This document shows positions 1 through 13,185 of a DNA stretch of 64,000 nt, in pieces (position 1 is the stretch's first letter; every line of letters starts with the position of its first letter). The DNA comes from Octopus vulgaris (taxonomy: Eukaryota). A program made the position numbers and the translations under genes. The notes beneath the pieces were generated by a model. That model saw only the letters and a program-made list of their open reading frames with translations. It was not told the DNA's origin and made no database searches. The stretch spans positions 119,846,001 through 119,910,000 of the forward strand of contig OX597818.1 in the NCBI GenBank assembly GCA_951406725.2, read 5' to 3'.

Positions 1-1521
1 GAAATTCGAGTGGCGATGGCGAATGCCTGCATCACATTGGTCATCTGCTACCGCTTGACTCTTGTGCTCTGGAACGCTTGCTTTTCAGTTTCCTTATTTC
101 TTTACTGCCCACAAGGGGCTAAACATAGAGGGGACAAACAAGGACAAAAGGGTTAAGTCGATTACATCGACCCCAGTGCGTAACTGGTACTTAATTTATC
201 GACCCCGAAAGGATGAAAGGCAAAGTCGACCTCGGCGGAATTTGAACTCAGAACGTAACAGCAGACGAAATACCTATTTCTTTATTACCCACAAGGGGCT
301 AAACACAGAGGGGACAAACAAGGACAGACATAGGTATTAAGTCGATTACATCGACCCCAATGCGTAACTGGTACTTAATTTATCGACCCCGAAAGGATGA
401 AAGGCAAAGTCGACCTCGGCGGAATTTGAACTCAGAACGTAACAGCAGACGAAATACCGTTAACCATTTCGCCCAGCGTGCTAACGTTTCTGCCAGCTTG
501 CCGCCTTATTTTCAGTTATCTGTAGAGGGGGCGGGTTCCACTGGTCAAACGGTCTGTTTATCAGCAACATCCGCTGCGTGATGGGCTGGGCATGCCGTGG
601 CTAATGCTGCGCAGACATTACGCTGAGGCTACATTTTCAGCGTCACCATAACGCTGAGCAAGTGTGGTCGCCGTCTGCCAGGCACACTTTTCCGCATCTC
701 GTCTCTATCACGGAGCTGGAGTCCTGGATCAAGTGCAGGGCGCCTGACACCAAGAGTGCTGTCAAGTGCTCACAGCCCTTTGCCAGTCGAGCAATGCGGT
801 CAATGGATATTCTGCCATGTGTTCTATAGAAGATTAGTGATAGGTAAGAGCGACTACATCCTCAGGAAAACTCTGAGCGTCGATGAAAATCAGTTAAATG
901 GTCAATCGCAGTGGACTTTCGATCAGCTAAAATTTTAAAGAAAGCATAAGCAACTGTATAACGAAACCCGCGTTTGTCCCATCTTCCCTAAACTGTATCT
1001 TTGTTCCTGGTGGTGTTTAACCCTAGGTCAATCCTGATGCAGAAGCCCTATCAAAGTATTCTAGCTGTGACCATCACGTTTTTATTCGGTTTAAGGCACT
1101 GTATAAGGCACTACCGACTGCATCGTTCATTGTATCCATTATTTCTAATACCGCAATGGCGGGATCTGTGAGCGATTCAGCTACTACTCCTAGCAAATCA
1201 AACAGCCATGGGGAAGCATCATTAATAGGCCTCATTGATGTGTTTCTTTATTCACACGTTCAACCATTGTTTTTCTTTTCTTTCTCCTTTACTCTTCATA
1301 GAACAATCATACAATCACCCATTTTTTTTTTTATTCCTTTCTTTTCTTTTTGTTTTGTTTCGTTTCCATCACCACCAACACCGCCATTCATCACCACACT
1401 AAATTCTTTTTTTTTTTGTTTTTGCCTTTTTGTTGTTTTTTATTCATCAAAAAAGAACAAAAAGAATCCATATAAGATATCTATGGATTTTGTGTATTCA
1501 TTTGGAAGCAGTACAAATGCA

Positions 1522-1524
<3 letters not shown>

Positions 1525-1572
<48 letters not shown>

Positions 1573-1751
1573 CATATATATATACATACATATATATAAA
1601 TATACATATATGTATGTATGTTTGTATGTATATATATAAATATATATATATATACATGTGTGTATGAGTTTACAGTTTATATCTACATCTATATACATAC
1701 ATATTTATACACACACACACAAACACACACACACATATATATATGTATATA

Positions 1752-1848
<97 letters not shown>

Positions 1849-2047
1849 AATATATTTTATATATATTTTCATATATATGTGTGTGTTACATTTTATATCT
1901 ACACCTATATACATACATATCTTTACACACACGCACACGTATCTATATATATATATTTATGTACGTAGACATTAAATGACGATGATGATAATGTATGTAT
2001 GTGTATATACATATATATTTACATTTTACATCCTCATCTATACTTAT

Positions 2048-2083
<36 letters not shown>

Positions 2084-2165
2084 TTACATACGTGGACATC
2101 AAATGATGATAGTAATGATGATAATGGTGATGATGACGATGGTGTGTGTGTGTGTGTGTGTGTGT
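1525..2165. repeat. Compound (TA)n/(CA)n/(TG)n microsatellite block, representative of dozens in the window
   Basis: Read directly. These tracts generate the YIYI/THTH/CVCV pseudo-ORFs in the track. Confidence 0.95.
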
Positions 2166-2549
2166 TTGCAAATTAGTTTAGTTAACGTTTCGTGCGTTGT
2201 TATTCAAACTGTGTGTGTGTCCTTATTTCATTGTTTCTCCTTTTTAATTTCTCTCTTATTTTCATTTCTTTTCTCTTTTTTGTTTTCTTTTTTGCGTTCT
2301 TTTGCAAACAGTTGATCTGAGGAATACACTGGTGCTGAGACCTTCGGCGGCAGTTGTTTACCAAATTGCTAAATTAAATATTAAGCGATTCTATGCAATA
2401 TTATTTGTTATTTGCTTTATTATATTTATCACAATAACGCGTTGTCGACTATGAGGACATCTGATGTTACACAAAATTCACACACACATATATAGGTTAA
2501 AGATACATATGTATGTCTACATATATGTAAGTGTATCTCTCCCTCTCGC

Positions 2550-2620
<71 letters not shown>

Positions 2621-2895
2621 CACACTCACACAAATTTCTGTGTATATTTATATATGATCCCAGCCTCAGGCTGAAACCAATGGCACATAAAACAAACACA
2701 CACACACACACACACATACATATACATATGTATAAGCGTGCGTGGTGGGGGGCACACGCATGGCTGTGTGGTAAAAAGTTTACTTCCAAATAACATGGTT
2801 ATGGGTTCGGTTCTACTGCGCGGCATCTTCAGTAAGTTTCTGCAATCAAATCTTTGTGAATGTATTTGGTAGACGGAAATGAAAGAAGCCCGTCG

Positions 2896-2932
<37 letters not shown>

Positions 2933-3028
2933 CGGGAAGCTTTATGAAAATAAACAAAAGACGAAGGCAGGTGGAATACAAACAAACAATTGTATTAGTA
3001 TGGCGCTCAGGAATATAAATAAAACAAG

Positions 3029-3066
3029 TCTTTTACGTTTCGAGCCTACGCTCTTCAACAGAAAGA
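3029..3066 (-). ncRNA. Minimal hammerhead-like motif (CUGUUGA core variant)
   Basis: TCTTT-CTGTTGA-A-GAGC-gtag-GCTC-GAAA-CG-TA-AAAGA, within a short element (~2931-3070) next to (TA)n. Confidence 0.65.
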
Positions 3067-3297
3067 TACACATATATATATACACATGCATACATACACA
3101 TTTAATGTGAGTTAACAAGGCTACCAATGGTTTCATGTTGAGAATTCTCTTAACAATTATCAAGTCTGTCACAAGGGAACGTTGGTACTAGTCTCCATTT
3201 TGGCAGCCTTGTTAACTTCGTTAACCCACAAACATAGAATATTTATCCACCAATGCGGTGATGGCATCCATTCTCATTGTTCGATATTAGTGTGTGA

Positions 3298-3358
<61 letters not shown>

Positions 3359-3547
3359 TGCACACACACGCATGACGAATACACACATATGTATCTTTGT
3401 TCCACCACCTCTGCTTTGTTTAGTAAAACCCTTCCAGGCAGTGCTCCAACAAGGCTATAGTCCAATGACTGAAATATATATATATATATATATAATTATA
3501 CAGCAGTACCTCGGTTTACGAACGCCCCTGATCACGAATAAATTGAG

Positions 3548-3595
<48 letters not shown>

Positions 3596-4637
3596 CATTA
3601 AAATTTAACCTTCCTCTTGCTTGCTTGCAATGTTACACAGCCAAGCCGACACATAATGGGAAAATATTTTGAAAGTTAAGCGCCCCTGAAATGTGAATAC
3701 AAGCGGAAAACAAGTTTCGCGTAAACCAGACCAGTGGTTATTGAGATATTCGGCCTTCGGGAGGTATAAATACCCAAAACGGTGCATAATGGGAAAATAT
3801 TCCAAAAGTAGCTTAACCCTGAAAGGGAAAAAAACTCTACCCTTTACATTAGACACATTACGATGGGCAAAATATTTGTAAGTGAAAATGGCTTTAAAAA
3901 TACGGTAAATATTTCGTAAAAGACCCGTTCGTAACCTCGGTGTGAAATGTACTTTCGAGCACATTCAACGTATCTCACTTCCAAAGATTTGGCTGTTATT
4001 TCTAGCATACCCTGCTACCACGTAACAGCTATTTGCGATAAAAGGACACGAAATGCCTGTTACGTGGTAGCAGGGCATGCAAGAAATCGCAGCCAAATCT
4101 TTCCTTTTCTGGGGAAGGGAGCCGTTTATGCGTGATTTCGATTTCACATTCGTTGAAAGCATGCGAAATAACCTGGAAAAACCTACGATAAAGAAACTCC
4201 ATTGCTGGGAAACTCAGACTTTCCCGGTACCTAGAATTATTGGAGACTTAACGGGTCCCGGATAGTCTAGTATACATATATAATACACACGCGCACACGC
4301 ACATTCAAACACGCACGGACACACTATGTGATAATGTTTGTATGTAGGTTTGTATAAAGTGGATCTCCTGGTCCAATGGAACTTCCGCTTTTGGTATTCT
4401 GCGATTACATCGTTCAATCCGTTCTTTTTCGAAATGACTTCTTACTCTTTTACTTGTTTCAGTCAATTGACTGCGGCTATGCTGGAGCACCGCCTTTAGT
4501 CGAGCAAATCGACCCCAGGACTTATTATTTGTAATCCTAGTACTTATTCTATCGGCAAAAGTGCCGAACCACTAATTTACGGGGACGTAAGCACACCAGC
4601 ATCGGTTGTCAAGCGGTGTTGGAGGGGACAAACAGAT

Positions 4638-4668
<31 letters not shown>

Positions 4669-4846
4669 GGACGGGCTTCTTTCAGTTTCCGTCTACCAAA
4701 TCCACTCACAAGGCTTTGGTCGACCCGAGTCTATAGTAGAAGACACTTGCCTAAAGTGCAACGCAGTGGGACTGAACCCGGAACCATGTCGTTGGTAAGC
4801 AAGCTACATACCACACAGCCACTCCTGCGGCATATACTGTACAAGT

Positions 4847-4997
4847 GGTGGGAACATCTGCAATGAGTTACTTACACACATCAGATTCGCAGATGACATG
4901 GTAATCATCGCCGAAACTACAAATCAACAGCAGACCATACTGACCAGGACTTCAGCAGTAGTCCTTAAAATGAACCGCATGAAAACAAAATACTTGC
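4847..4997 (+). mobile_element. RTE-type LINE reverse transcriptase fragment
   Basis: Translates GGNICNELLTHIRFADDMVIIAET..LKMNRMKTKYL, containing the FADD motif. Confidence 0.75.
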
Positions 4998-5895
4998 GGC
5001 CCGAAAAACATAGAACTAAACATGCATAAACAGCTACTAATTCAACAGATACAAAGAATAAGAATTCAACAGAGGAATTCAACAGATACAGAGAATAGGA
5101 AATCAACAGATACAAAGAATAGGAACATACATAAACAGCTACTAATTCAACAGATACAAAGAATAGGAATAGGAATCCAAATTAGAAAAGAAAATATTCC
5201 GATGGAACTTCGTCTTTCCATTTTAATCCACGTCCTAAACAAGAGTGGAGATGCAAATGTTATGGGAGTGTGGGTGGTAATCAGATGCTACAGAACAGCA
5301 AAGGATTAACCACTAAGCAAAATAAACATATGTTTAGGGCATCAAAGGAAGGAAGGGGCACCACAGAAATAGTAAATGGTTTACGGCACAAAAGAAATCA
5401 CTTTAAACTTGCTAATATAATATTCGAAGTGGTTTATTTGACCGGAAATATAACTTCGAAGTGTTTATGGTGCCATAGTAGAAGTACTCTCTCTTTTACT
5501 CTTTTACTTGTTTCAGTCATTTGGCTGCGGTCATGCTGGAGCACCGCCTTTAGTCGAGCAAATCGACCCCAGGACTTATTCTTTGTAGCCTAGTACTTAT
5601 TCTATCTCTTTTGCCGAACCGCTAAGTTACGGGGGCGTAAACACACCACCATCAGTTATCAAGCGATGTTGGGGGTACAAACACAGACACAAAAACACAC
5701 ACACACACACACACGCACATATATATATATATACGACGGATTTTTTCAATTTCCGTCTACCAAATCCACTCACAAGGCTTTGGTCGGCCCAAGGCTATAG
5801 TAGAAGACACTTGCCCAAGGTGCCACGCAGTGAGACTGAACCCGGAACCATGTGGTTGGCAAGCAAGCTAAACACAGCCACTCCTGCGCCTATAA

Positions 5896-5967
5896 AAGTC
5901 TCACAGAGACTTGAACTCGGATCGCTGGATTCAGAGTCCAGAGTGCTAACCATTATACCATAAGGCC
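5896..5967 (-). pseudogene. tRNA-Gln(CTG), probably pseudogenised
   Basis: Minus strand reads GGCCTTATGGTATAATGGTTAGCACTCTGGACTCTGAATCCAGCGATCCGAGTTCAAGTCTCTGTGAGACTT, a eukaryotic tRNA-Gln CTG body. There is a C-A mismatch in the acceptor stem and a C-T mismatch in the T stem. Confidence 0.85.
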
Positions 5968-6118
5968 TACTTAGAAAACTTTTCAAACAAAAAGTGGAAG
6001 TATACAAAAATAAACATTATTTTCCATCTTACTCTAAGTTTTGTTTCATTTCGAAAAATAAATATTTATTTTATGGTTTATTATTGTTTATATTTTGAAT
6101 TACATTTATATATATACT

Positions 6119-6183
<65 letters not shown>

Positions 6184-6538
6184 GGTTCTGAAATCTTTTA
6201 AGTGCTTAGGGCCCTATGGGATTTAATCTAACCATAGAGGTCCTAAGGGATGAGCATATCGAGATCCTTTGTATGTTTTTCGGTGGGGGTTTTTCCCCCT
6301 GCTTTCCGAATCTTCTTGTAGCAGGGTCAGCTACAGACGAGAAACTAGAACACAGCAACATAAATTATAGTTTCGATATAAGAATTGATATGAAATTTTG
6401 GGATGAGAAAAATCCGCCAATGCAATTTTGAAGAGAAGAAAGTTAATAACAACCACTAATACGATGTTAGATAAAGAAACAGAGATAAGAGAGACCAAAC
6501 ACAGAGTTACAAATATATTTAGGAATTAACGAGCTAGA

Positions 6539-6569
<31 letters not shown>

Positions 6570-8180
6570 CTAGAGAGAGGAAGAGAAGGAGTACAGCAGA
6601 AACATACACAGATGAAGGAAAAAAGTTAGGAAGGTAAATAATATAGGTATTAGATTAATACTTAAAACAGAACTAAATGCAAAAACATAGGTAGCAGGTA
6701 TCAATGCCCATGTGGTTTCAGTAATAAGTTATAGATATAATATTTTCAACAGCAAACTATGTGAATTAGCAAAACAGAAAGATTATATACAGAGATATGG
6801 ATTTTTCTGCGACGAGAAAATTATTAAAAAAATATTAAACTGCATGACCACAAAAATATTAAAAAAATATCTAGTAAAGAATATATGAGTGGAAAAAAAA
6901 AAAACCCAAAAAGACGGGAAAAAAAACTTAATATTTCTGTTTTGGTTTTGTCTTTGTTTTTTGTTTTTTTTACTTCGGGGTAGATGGAAAAACAAGAACG
7001 ATAAAAAAAATCATTAAATGTCTAAAAACTAAACCAAAAAATTGGAATTACAAAAAAGCTTTGGAAATACAATGGCAAGAAAAACCTTTACGTGACCAAC
7101 ACCTTGATGGTCTGAACAATGCGAAATTAGATAATGGGGGGGGGGGACCTCAGTTCTTATTCACAACAAAATATAGAACTCAAAACTGAGAAGAATAATC
7201 TTGATATATATATATATATACATTTCTTTACTACCCACAAGGGGCTAAACACAGAGGGGACAAACAAGGACAGACAAAGGGATTAAGTCGACTACATCGA
7301 CCCCAGTGCGTAACTGGTACTTAATTTATCGACCCCGAAAGGATGAAAGGCAAAGTCGACCTTGGCGGAATTTGAACTCAGAACGTAACGGCAGACGAAA
7401 TACGGCTTCGCATTTCGCCCGGCGTGCTACCGTTTCTGCCTACATACATACATACATAGGTTCAGGAGTGGCTGTGTGATAAGTAGCTTGCTTAACAACC
7501 ATATGGTTCCGGGTTCAGTCCCACTGCGTGGCATCTTGGGCAAGTGTCTTCTACTATAGACTCGGGCCGACCAAAGCCTTGTGAGTAGATTTGGCAGACG
7601 GAAACTGAAAGAAGCCCGTCGTATGTATGTATGTGTGTGTACCCTTATCATCGCTTGACAACTGATGGTGGTGTGTTTACGTCCCCGTAAACATAGCGGA
7701 TCGGCAAAAGAGGCCGATAGAATAAGTACTATGCTTACAAAGACTAAGTCCCGGAGTCCATTTCTTCGACTAAAGGCGGTGCTCCAGCATGGCCGGTTTC
7801 TTTTTTTTCTTCTTTTTTTTTGTACTTGTCTCATACTGTCATTCATTCTCGGTAATTTATACCCCGCCAGCTTTTTACGGTTGACGCCACCAAATTGAAC
7901 ATCATTGCTGTTAAAGCGCCGAAAATTTTGATTATCTTTGGCCGATAACTGATAAGGGATGATCAGATTGACATCCTCTGTATGTTTCTCTCCTGTTCTC
8001 CGTATGTTCCTTCGTCATCTTCATGTGCCACATTTTACTATATATATATATATATATAGCTAAGCGAACCTCATTCATATTTTGAATTCGGCGATGCTAA
8101 TACTGAATATGACCTGTCTGATACCGTTAGGTGGAGAGATATATTCAACTATTCTAGTACCCTCGAATTATTGTGGAATG

Positions 8181-8262
8181 CCATGCTGATGAAGAAAATG
8201 GTTAGTAAAGTATAATTTTACATTCTTTATGCAAAACCTAATTCCGAAACGCGCGTCCATGG
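8181..8262 (+). ncRNA. Type I hammerhead ribozyme motif (stem II degenerate)
   Basis: CCATG-CTGATGA-...-GAAA-CGCGCG-TC-CATGG. Stem I is 5 bp and stem III is a palindrome. Stem II pairs only partly (ggtt/aacc). Confidence 0.7.
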
Positions 8263-8440
8263 ATGACCAGATATTGATTGATTTTCGTTGCTTTACTCTC
8301 TGCCTGTGTGAATTATCTTCAAGTATTTTGGTTTCTCTAGGAGTCCCTTTTTATAGTAGAAGAAATAGCTAAGATTTTTGGCTGCTATTTCTAAACTTCG
8401 GTGTGTGGTGAAGCAAATCTTTGCTGAACCCTTTTATTAA

Positions 8441-8482
<42 letters not shown>

Positions 8483-8504
8483 GGAGTATAATTCAAATAC
8501 TTTT

Positions 8505-8592
8505 ACTTCCGACACATGTTTCGAAGATTTCACCGATATTATTCCAAAGGAATAAATGGTGTAAAACAATGTAATCTTCTCTTCAGGGAAGT
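8505..8592 (-). ncRNA. Type I hammerhead ribozyme motif, intact
   Basis: ACTTCC-CTGAAGA-GAAGATT..(long stem II)..AATCTTC-GAAA-CATGTG-TC-GGAAGT. Stem I is 6 bp, the core is canonical, stem III is near-palindromic. Confidence 0.85.
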
Positions 8593-8817
8593 GAGGAAAT
8601 GAAACTTGTCATTTATTTATTTATTTATTTATTTATTTATTATACAAAAAATTCCACGTAAACCCGAAGTTTCTACCTTTAAAAACAAGGGGTTACTACC
8701 TCTTGTGTGATTTTTTGCTACCTTGGTAACTATTTATCTATTTTTTCCGTGTTAATTGTTAACAATGAAAAATACACTCTATCTATATATAGATAGATAG
8801 ATATGTGTATATGTATG

Positions 8818-8900
<83 letters not shown>

Positions 8901-9627
8901 TATTTGTGGATTAACAAGATTAAAATGCTGCCAATAGTTTCATTCAGTAATTTGGCAATGTTTCAAGGTTTCACCTTCAGAATATTGGTAATCAACCTCT
9001 ATGTTCCACCAAATGCGGTGTTGAGCACTCGTTCACAGTATTTGCCACAATCAATTATATATCATCATCATCACTGTTTAATGTGCTTTTATCGTGCTGA
9101 CATGGGCAGGACGGTTTGACAAGAACTGATCAGCCGGGGAGCTGTCCAGACCACAAATGTCCGTTGTGGCATGATTTCTACGGCTGGGTTACTTTCCTGA
9201 TGCCAACCACTTTAAAGAATGTGCTGGGTGCTTTTGACATGCCACCAGCACGGGTGAATTTACGCGGCACTGGCACATGTGCATTTTACGTGGCACCCGC
9301 ACCTGTAAAGGGCAAGTTTGCATGTATGGATGACTGCAATTTTACTTAGCTTGGTGCGCTTTCTCAAGTACTGTGATGCGTCATGGCTCATAAAAAGCAC
9401 CATTTGAGCATGGTGGATGCCAATACCGCCTGACTGGCCATCGTGCCCAGTACACTACACTCTTGGAGTGGTTGGCGTTAGGAAGGGCATCCAGCTGTAG
9501 AAACTTTGCCAGACCAGATTAGAGCCTGGTGCAGCCTTCTGGCTCGCCAGCCCTCAGTCAAACCATCCAACCCGTGCCAGCATGGAAATGCAGACGTTAG
9601 ACGACGATGTTATATATATGTGATGAT

Positions 9628-9697
<70 letters not shown>

Positions 9698-9720
9698 CGC
9701 AGCTCTGAGTTGAAACTACA

Positions 9721-9753
<33 letters not shown>

Positions 9754-10384
9754 AACCCGTAGATATACACATACTCATATAACTATAACATAATATATAT
9801 GCCTGAGTTTAAAGGTGGAACTTTCTTATACAGGAAAATAGGCCAACATTCTGAATAAAATGCTCAACAGAAAAGAGATGCTACAAACATACATACAATT
9901 AATCAGAGAAAAATAACAAAATGACCATTGTATGAGATATACCAAGTCTCTTCTCTTAATCGATTTATTACTTCTAATAAAGGCATTATTTCTCTCTAAA
10001 AGAAATGGAAACTATATAAATATTAAGCTTTGGCGGTAAAGGTAACCAGAATGTAGGGGCTGTAGACAGACAGAAACAAGCCTTAGAATAATACATGTTT
10101 TGAGAATTATTTAAAGAAAAAACAGAAGCAACTACATAATGAAAATGCCAAAACTGAGGCAATTTCAATTCAAGAAAAACTCGTGAACAAAACAAACACA
10201 GCAAATACCCACGAGGGAAACAAGATGGTGTTCAGTAGTTGTTAAGTGAAAATGTGCAATGAAAAGAAAGCCGCTGAAATAATAATTATGGCTTCAAAAT
10301 TACCACAATGGTGGCAATTTTGGAGGAAGTGATGAGTCGATTACGTTGGCCCCAGTGCTCAACTGGTACTTAATTATTATTATT

Positions 10385-10750
10385 ATCATCGATGTAGCAG
10401 TGCCAGGAGATCAACACATCATCATGAAAGAGAAAATGTTGATAAATATGGAGACCTGAGAATTGAGATGACTAAGATGTGGCAGTTACGAGAGTCGAAC
10501 ATAAAAGTTATCCCTATTGCCGTTGGAGCATTGGATTCAATACCACCCAATCTGAAAAACCATCTGAAAGCCTTAGAAATACCCTACGATCTAGATGTAT
10601 TGCAAAAGGCGGCATTACTTGGAACTGCACGCATATTGCTTAAAGCAATGTCTGTCTGAGGTCCTTGTTCTGACTTGACAGTACAAACCCCCGGTAGACA
10701 CAATATCTTAAATCAACAACCTCACGATATTGCATACTGTGCGACGTCTA
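10385..10750 (+). mobile_element. 3' end of RLE-type (R4/Dong-like) non-LTR retrotransposon
   Basis: IIDVAVPGD..KYGDLRIE..KVIPIAVGAL..LQKAALLGTARIL is typical of restriction-like-endonuclease LINE C-termini. Flanked by (ATT)n. Confidence 0.8.
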
Positions 10751-10936
10751 TTATTATTATTATTATTATTACTATTACTTTTTTTTTCTTCTTTCAAATT
10801 TGCTTCCATTTCTTGCCGAGTGTCTTCCCGACTCCTAGGGCAAAGAAACTCATAGTATACATTGGTAGGCCATTAAACCAAACTCAGTAGTTCGTTCATT
10901 TTTTTTTTAAGTTAAATTATTATTATTATAATTATA

Positions 10937-10981
<45 letters not shown>

Positions 10982-11201
10982 GAGTGAGAGAGCAGTGCAT
11001 GCCATCAAAGTGACACTGGGGTAAAATATACGAAGCCCGATATACCCATCATGACTACTCGTCTGATAAGGGTACACCAGGCACATGCATCACAACCATA
11101 TGTGCGCGACATGGTGATCTCATATCAAGATAAACAGCACATGACCTTGCAGGTGGGGCCCAGTTAGAATTTCTTCAGGTTGAGTAGCCCATCCCGCTCA
11201 A

Positions 11202-11255
<54 letters not shown>

Positions 11256-13133
11256 TTGACATAAGTCCAGCAATTTTGAAGGACGAGGGTTAGTCATTTA
11301 CATGGATCCCAAAAACTATGAAAGGCAAAGTTGATCCCCAGAAAATTTAAACTCAGAACGTAAAGAGGCGGAGGAGATGTCAGTACGCATTTTGTCCAGG
11401 ATACTATCAACCGACCCCTGTACATGACTGGCACTTGCAGTCTATTAACCCCGGAGGGGGTGAAAGTCAAAGTTAACCTTAGTGGGATTTGAACTCATAC
11501 TGTAAAGATCCAGAACAAGTACTGAATGCAACTCTTTCTTTCTGAGCCCACAAACAATCCTGTCCGCTCTCCGCCGAGATAATCATATTTTCGTGTTGAA
11601 TTTACTCGTAGCAAAAAGACAGTTTATCTTTGACTGTCGTTGCGTTACTTGAGTCCACAGCAACAGATGAGTGTCCCTAGGAGTTCATTGTTAGTCAAAC
11701 ACTTGTTCTATTAGAAGATGTTTGTTTCTTTCAACATTCAGCACAATTTATATTTTATTTCGTAATTTATTATTATTATTGCCTTTGTTTTTTTCTTCTC
11801 CTTCTTCTTCTTCTTCTTGTTAATATTACTAGCAGTATCCATGGAAATTCCACAGCCCATTTTGTAGTACAAAGTCAGCCATAAACATCTCCCCACTCGG
11901 TAATAATATCCTGTCATTTCCTTCGCAATCCTTTGATTAATTTCAAGAGAATCTTGTTTATCCTCTTCGATCATGTTTTCTCTTCAAGCCTGTATTTTTC
12001 TTCCTTTTTGTATTTTCCATCCTGGCTTCTGCAAAACATTTTTGCCTATCATCATCATTCATATTTCGCCTTCTTTCTTGATTAACAATTTTCACTCTTT
12101 GCTATAAGCCTCAGCTTCATCGTTTGCCATACGACACCTTTTGGCTTTATTCCCTGCGTTGATTTCATTCCTTCTTGCTCAGTTAATGCTTCTCAACATT
12201 CCCGATTCTCCTCTCTTTGTTCTTAATTCTTAATTCTTCTCTTTGCTCTTTTCCCAATCTTTCCCTGTACCTTCCCCACATCTTTTTGGTTCAATTTTCG
12301 TTGTCATGCCTTATGATTATTGTCGTAACACACCAAACACTATTTCGCCAATTAAATATATTTTTTAAGAAACACAGGCGCAGGAGTGGCTGTGTGGTAA
12401 GTAGCTTGCTTACCAACCACATGGTTCCGGGTTCAGTCCCACTGCGTGGCACCTTGAGCAAGTGTCTTCTACTATAGCCTTGGGACGACCAAAGCCTTGT
12501 GAGTGGATTTGGCAGACGGAAACTGAAAGAAGCCCGTCGTATATACACTTTTACTTGTTTCAGTCATTTGACTGAGGTCATGCTGGAGCACCGCCTTTAG
12601 TCGAGAAAATCGACCCGAGGACTTATACTTTGTAAGCCTAGTACTTATTCTGTCGTCCTCCATTGCCGGACTGCTAGGTTACGGGGACGTAAACATACAA
12701 GCATCGGTTGTCAAGCGATATTGGGAGTGAGGGGACAAACACAGACACACAAACATATACACACACACATACATATATATACATATATACGACGGGCTTC
12801 TTTCAGTTTCGTCTGCCAAATCCACTCACAAGGCTTTGGTCGGCCCGAGGCTATAGTAGAAGACACTTGCCCAAGGTGCCACGCAGTGGGACTGAATCCG
12901 GAACCATGTGATTCGTAAGCAAGCTACTTACCACACAGCCACTCCTACGCCTATGTATATGTATGTGTGTGTGTGTGTGTGTGTGTGTTTGTGTGTCTGT
13001 TTGTCCCGCCAACATTGCTTGACAACCGATGCTGGTGTGTTTACGTCCCTGTAACTTAGCGGTTCGGCAAAAGAGACCGATAGAATAAGTATTTATCACT
13101 ATAAGTGATAAATTATCGTATCTTATCGTATTT

Positions 13134-13185
13134 ATCGCTGATGACGAGAAAATTCTAAATGAATTAACTCAGAAATCGTGACCGA
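13134..13185 (+). ncRNA. Degenerate hammerhead-like motif
   Basis: ATCG-CTGATGA-cGAGaAATTC..GAATTaaCTCa-GAAA-TCGTGA-c-CGAT. The UH cleavage site is damaged. Confidence 0.45.

Noticed and set aside
2312-2455. Plus-strand acceptor with a long pyrimidine tract followed by a short open frame
   Set aside because: No recognisable homology and no partner exons found. It may be chance in low-complexity DNA.
1156-3608. Many ORFs rich in YIYI, THTH or CVCV
   Set aside because: These are translations of (TA)n/(CA)n microsatellites, not proteins.
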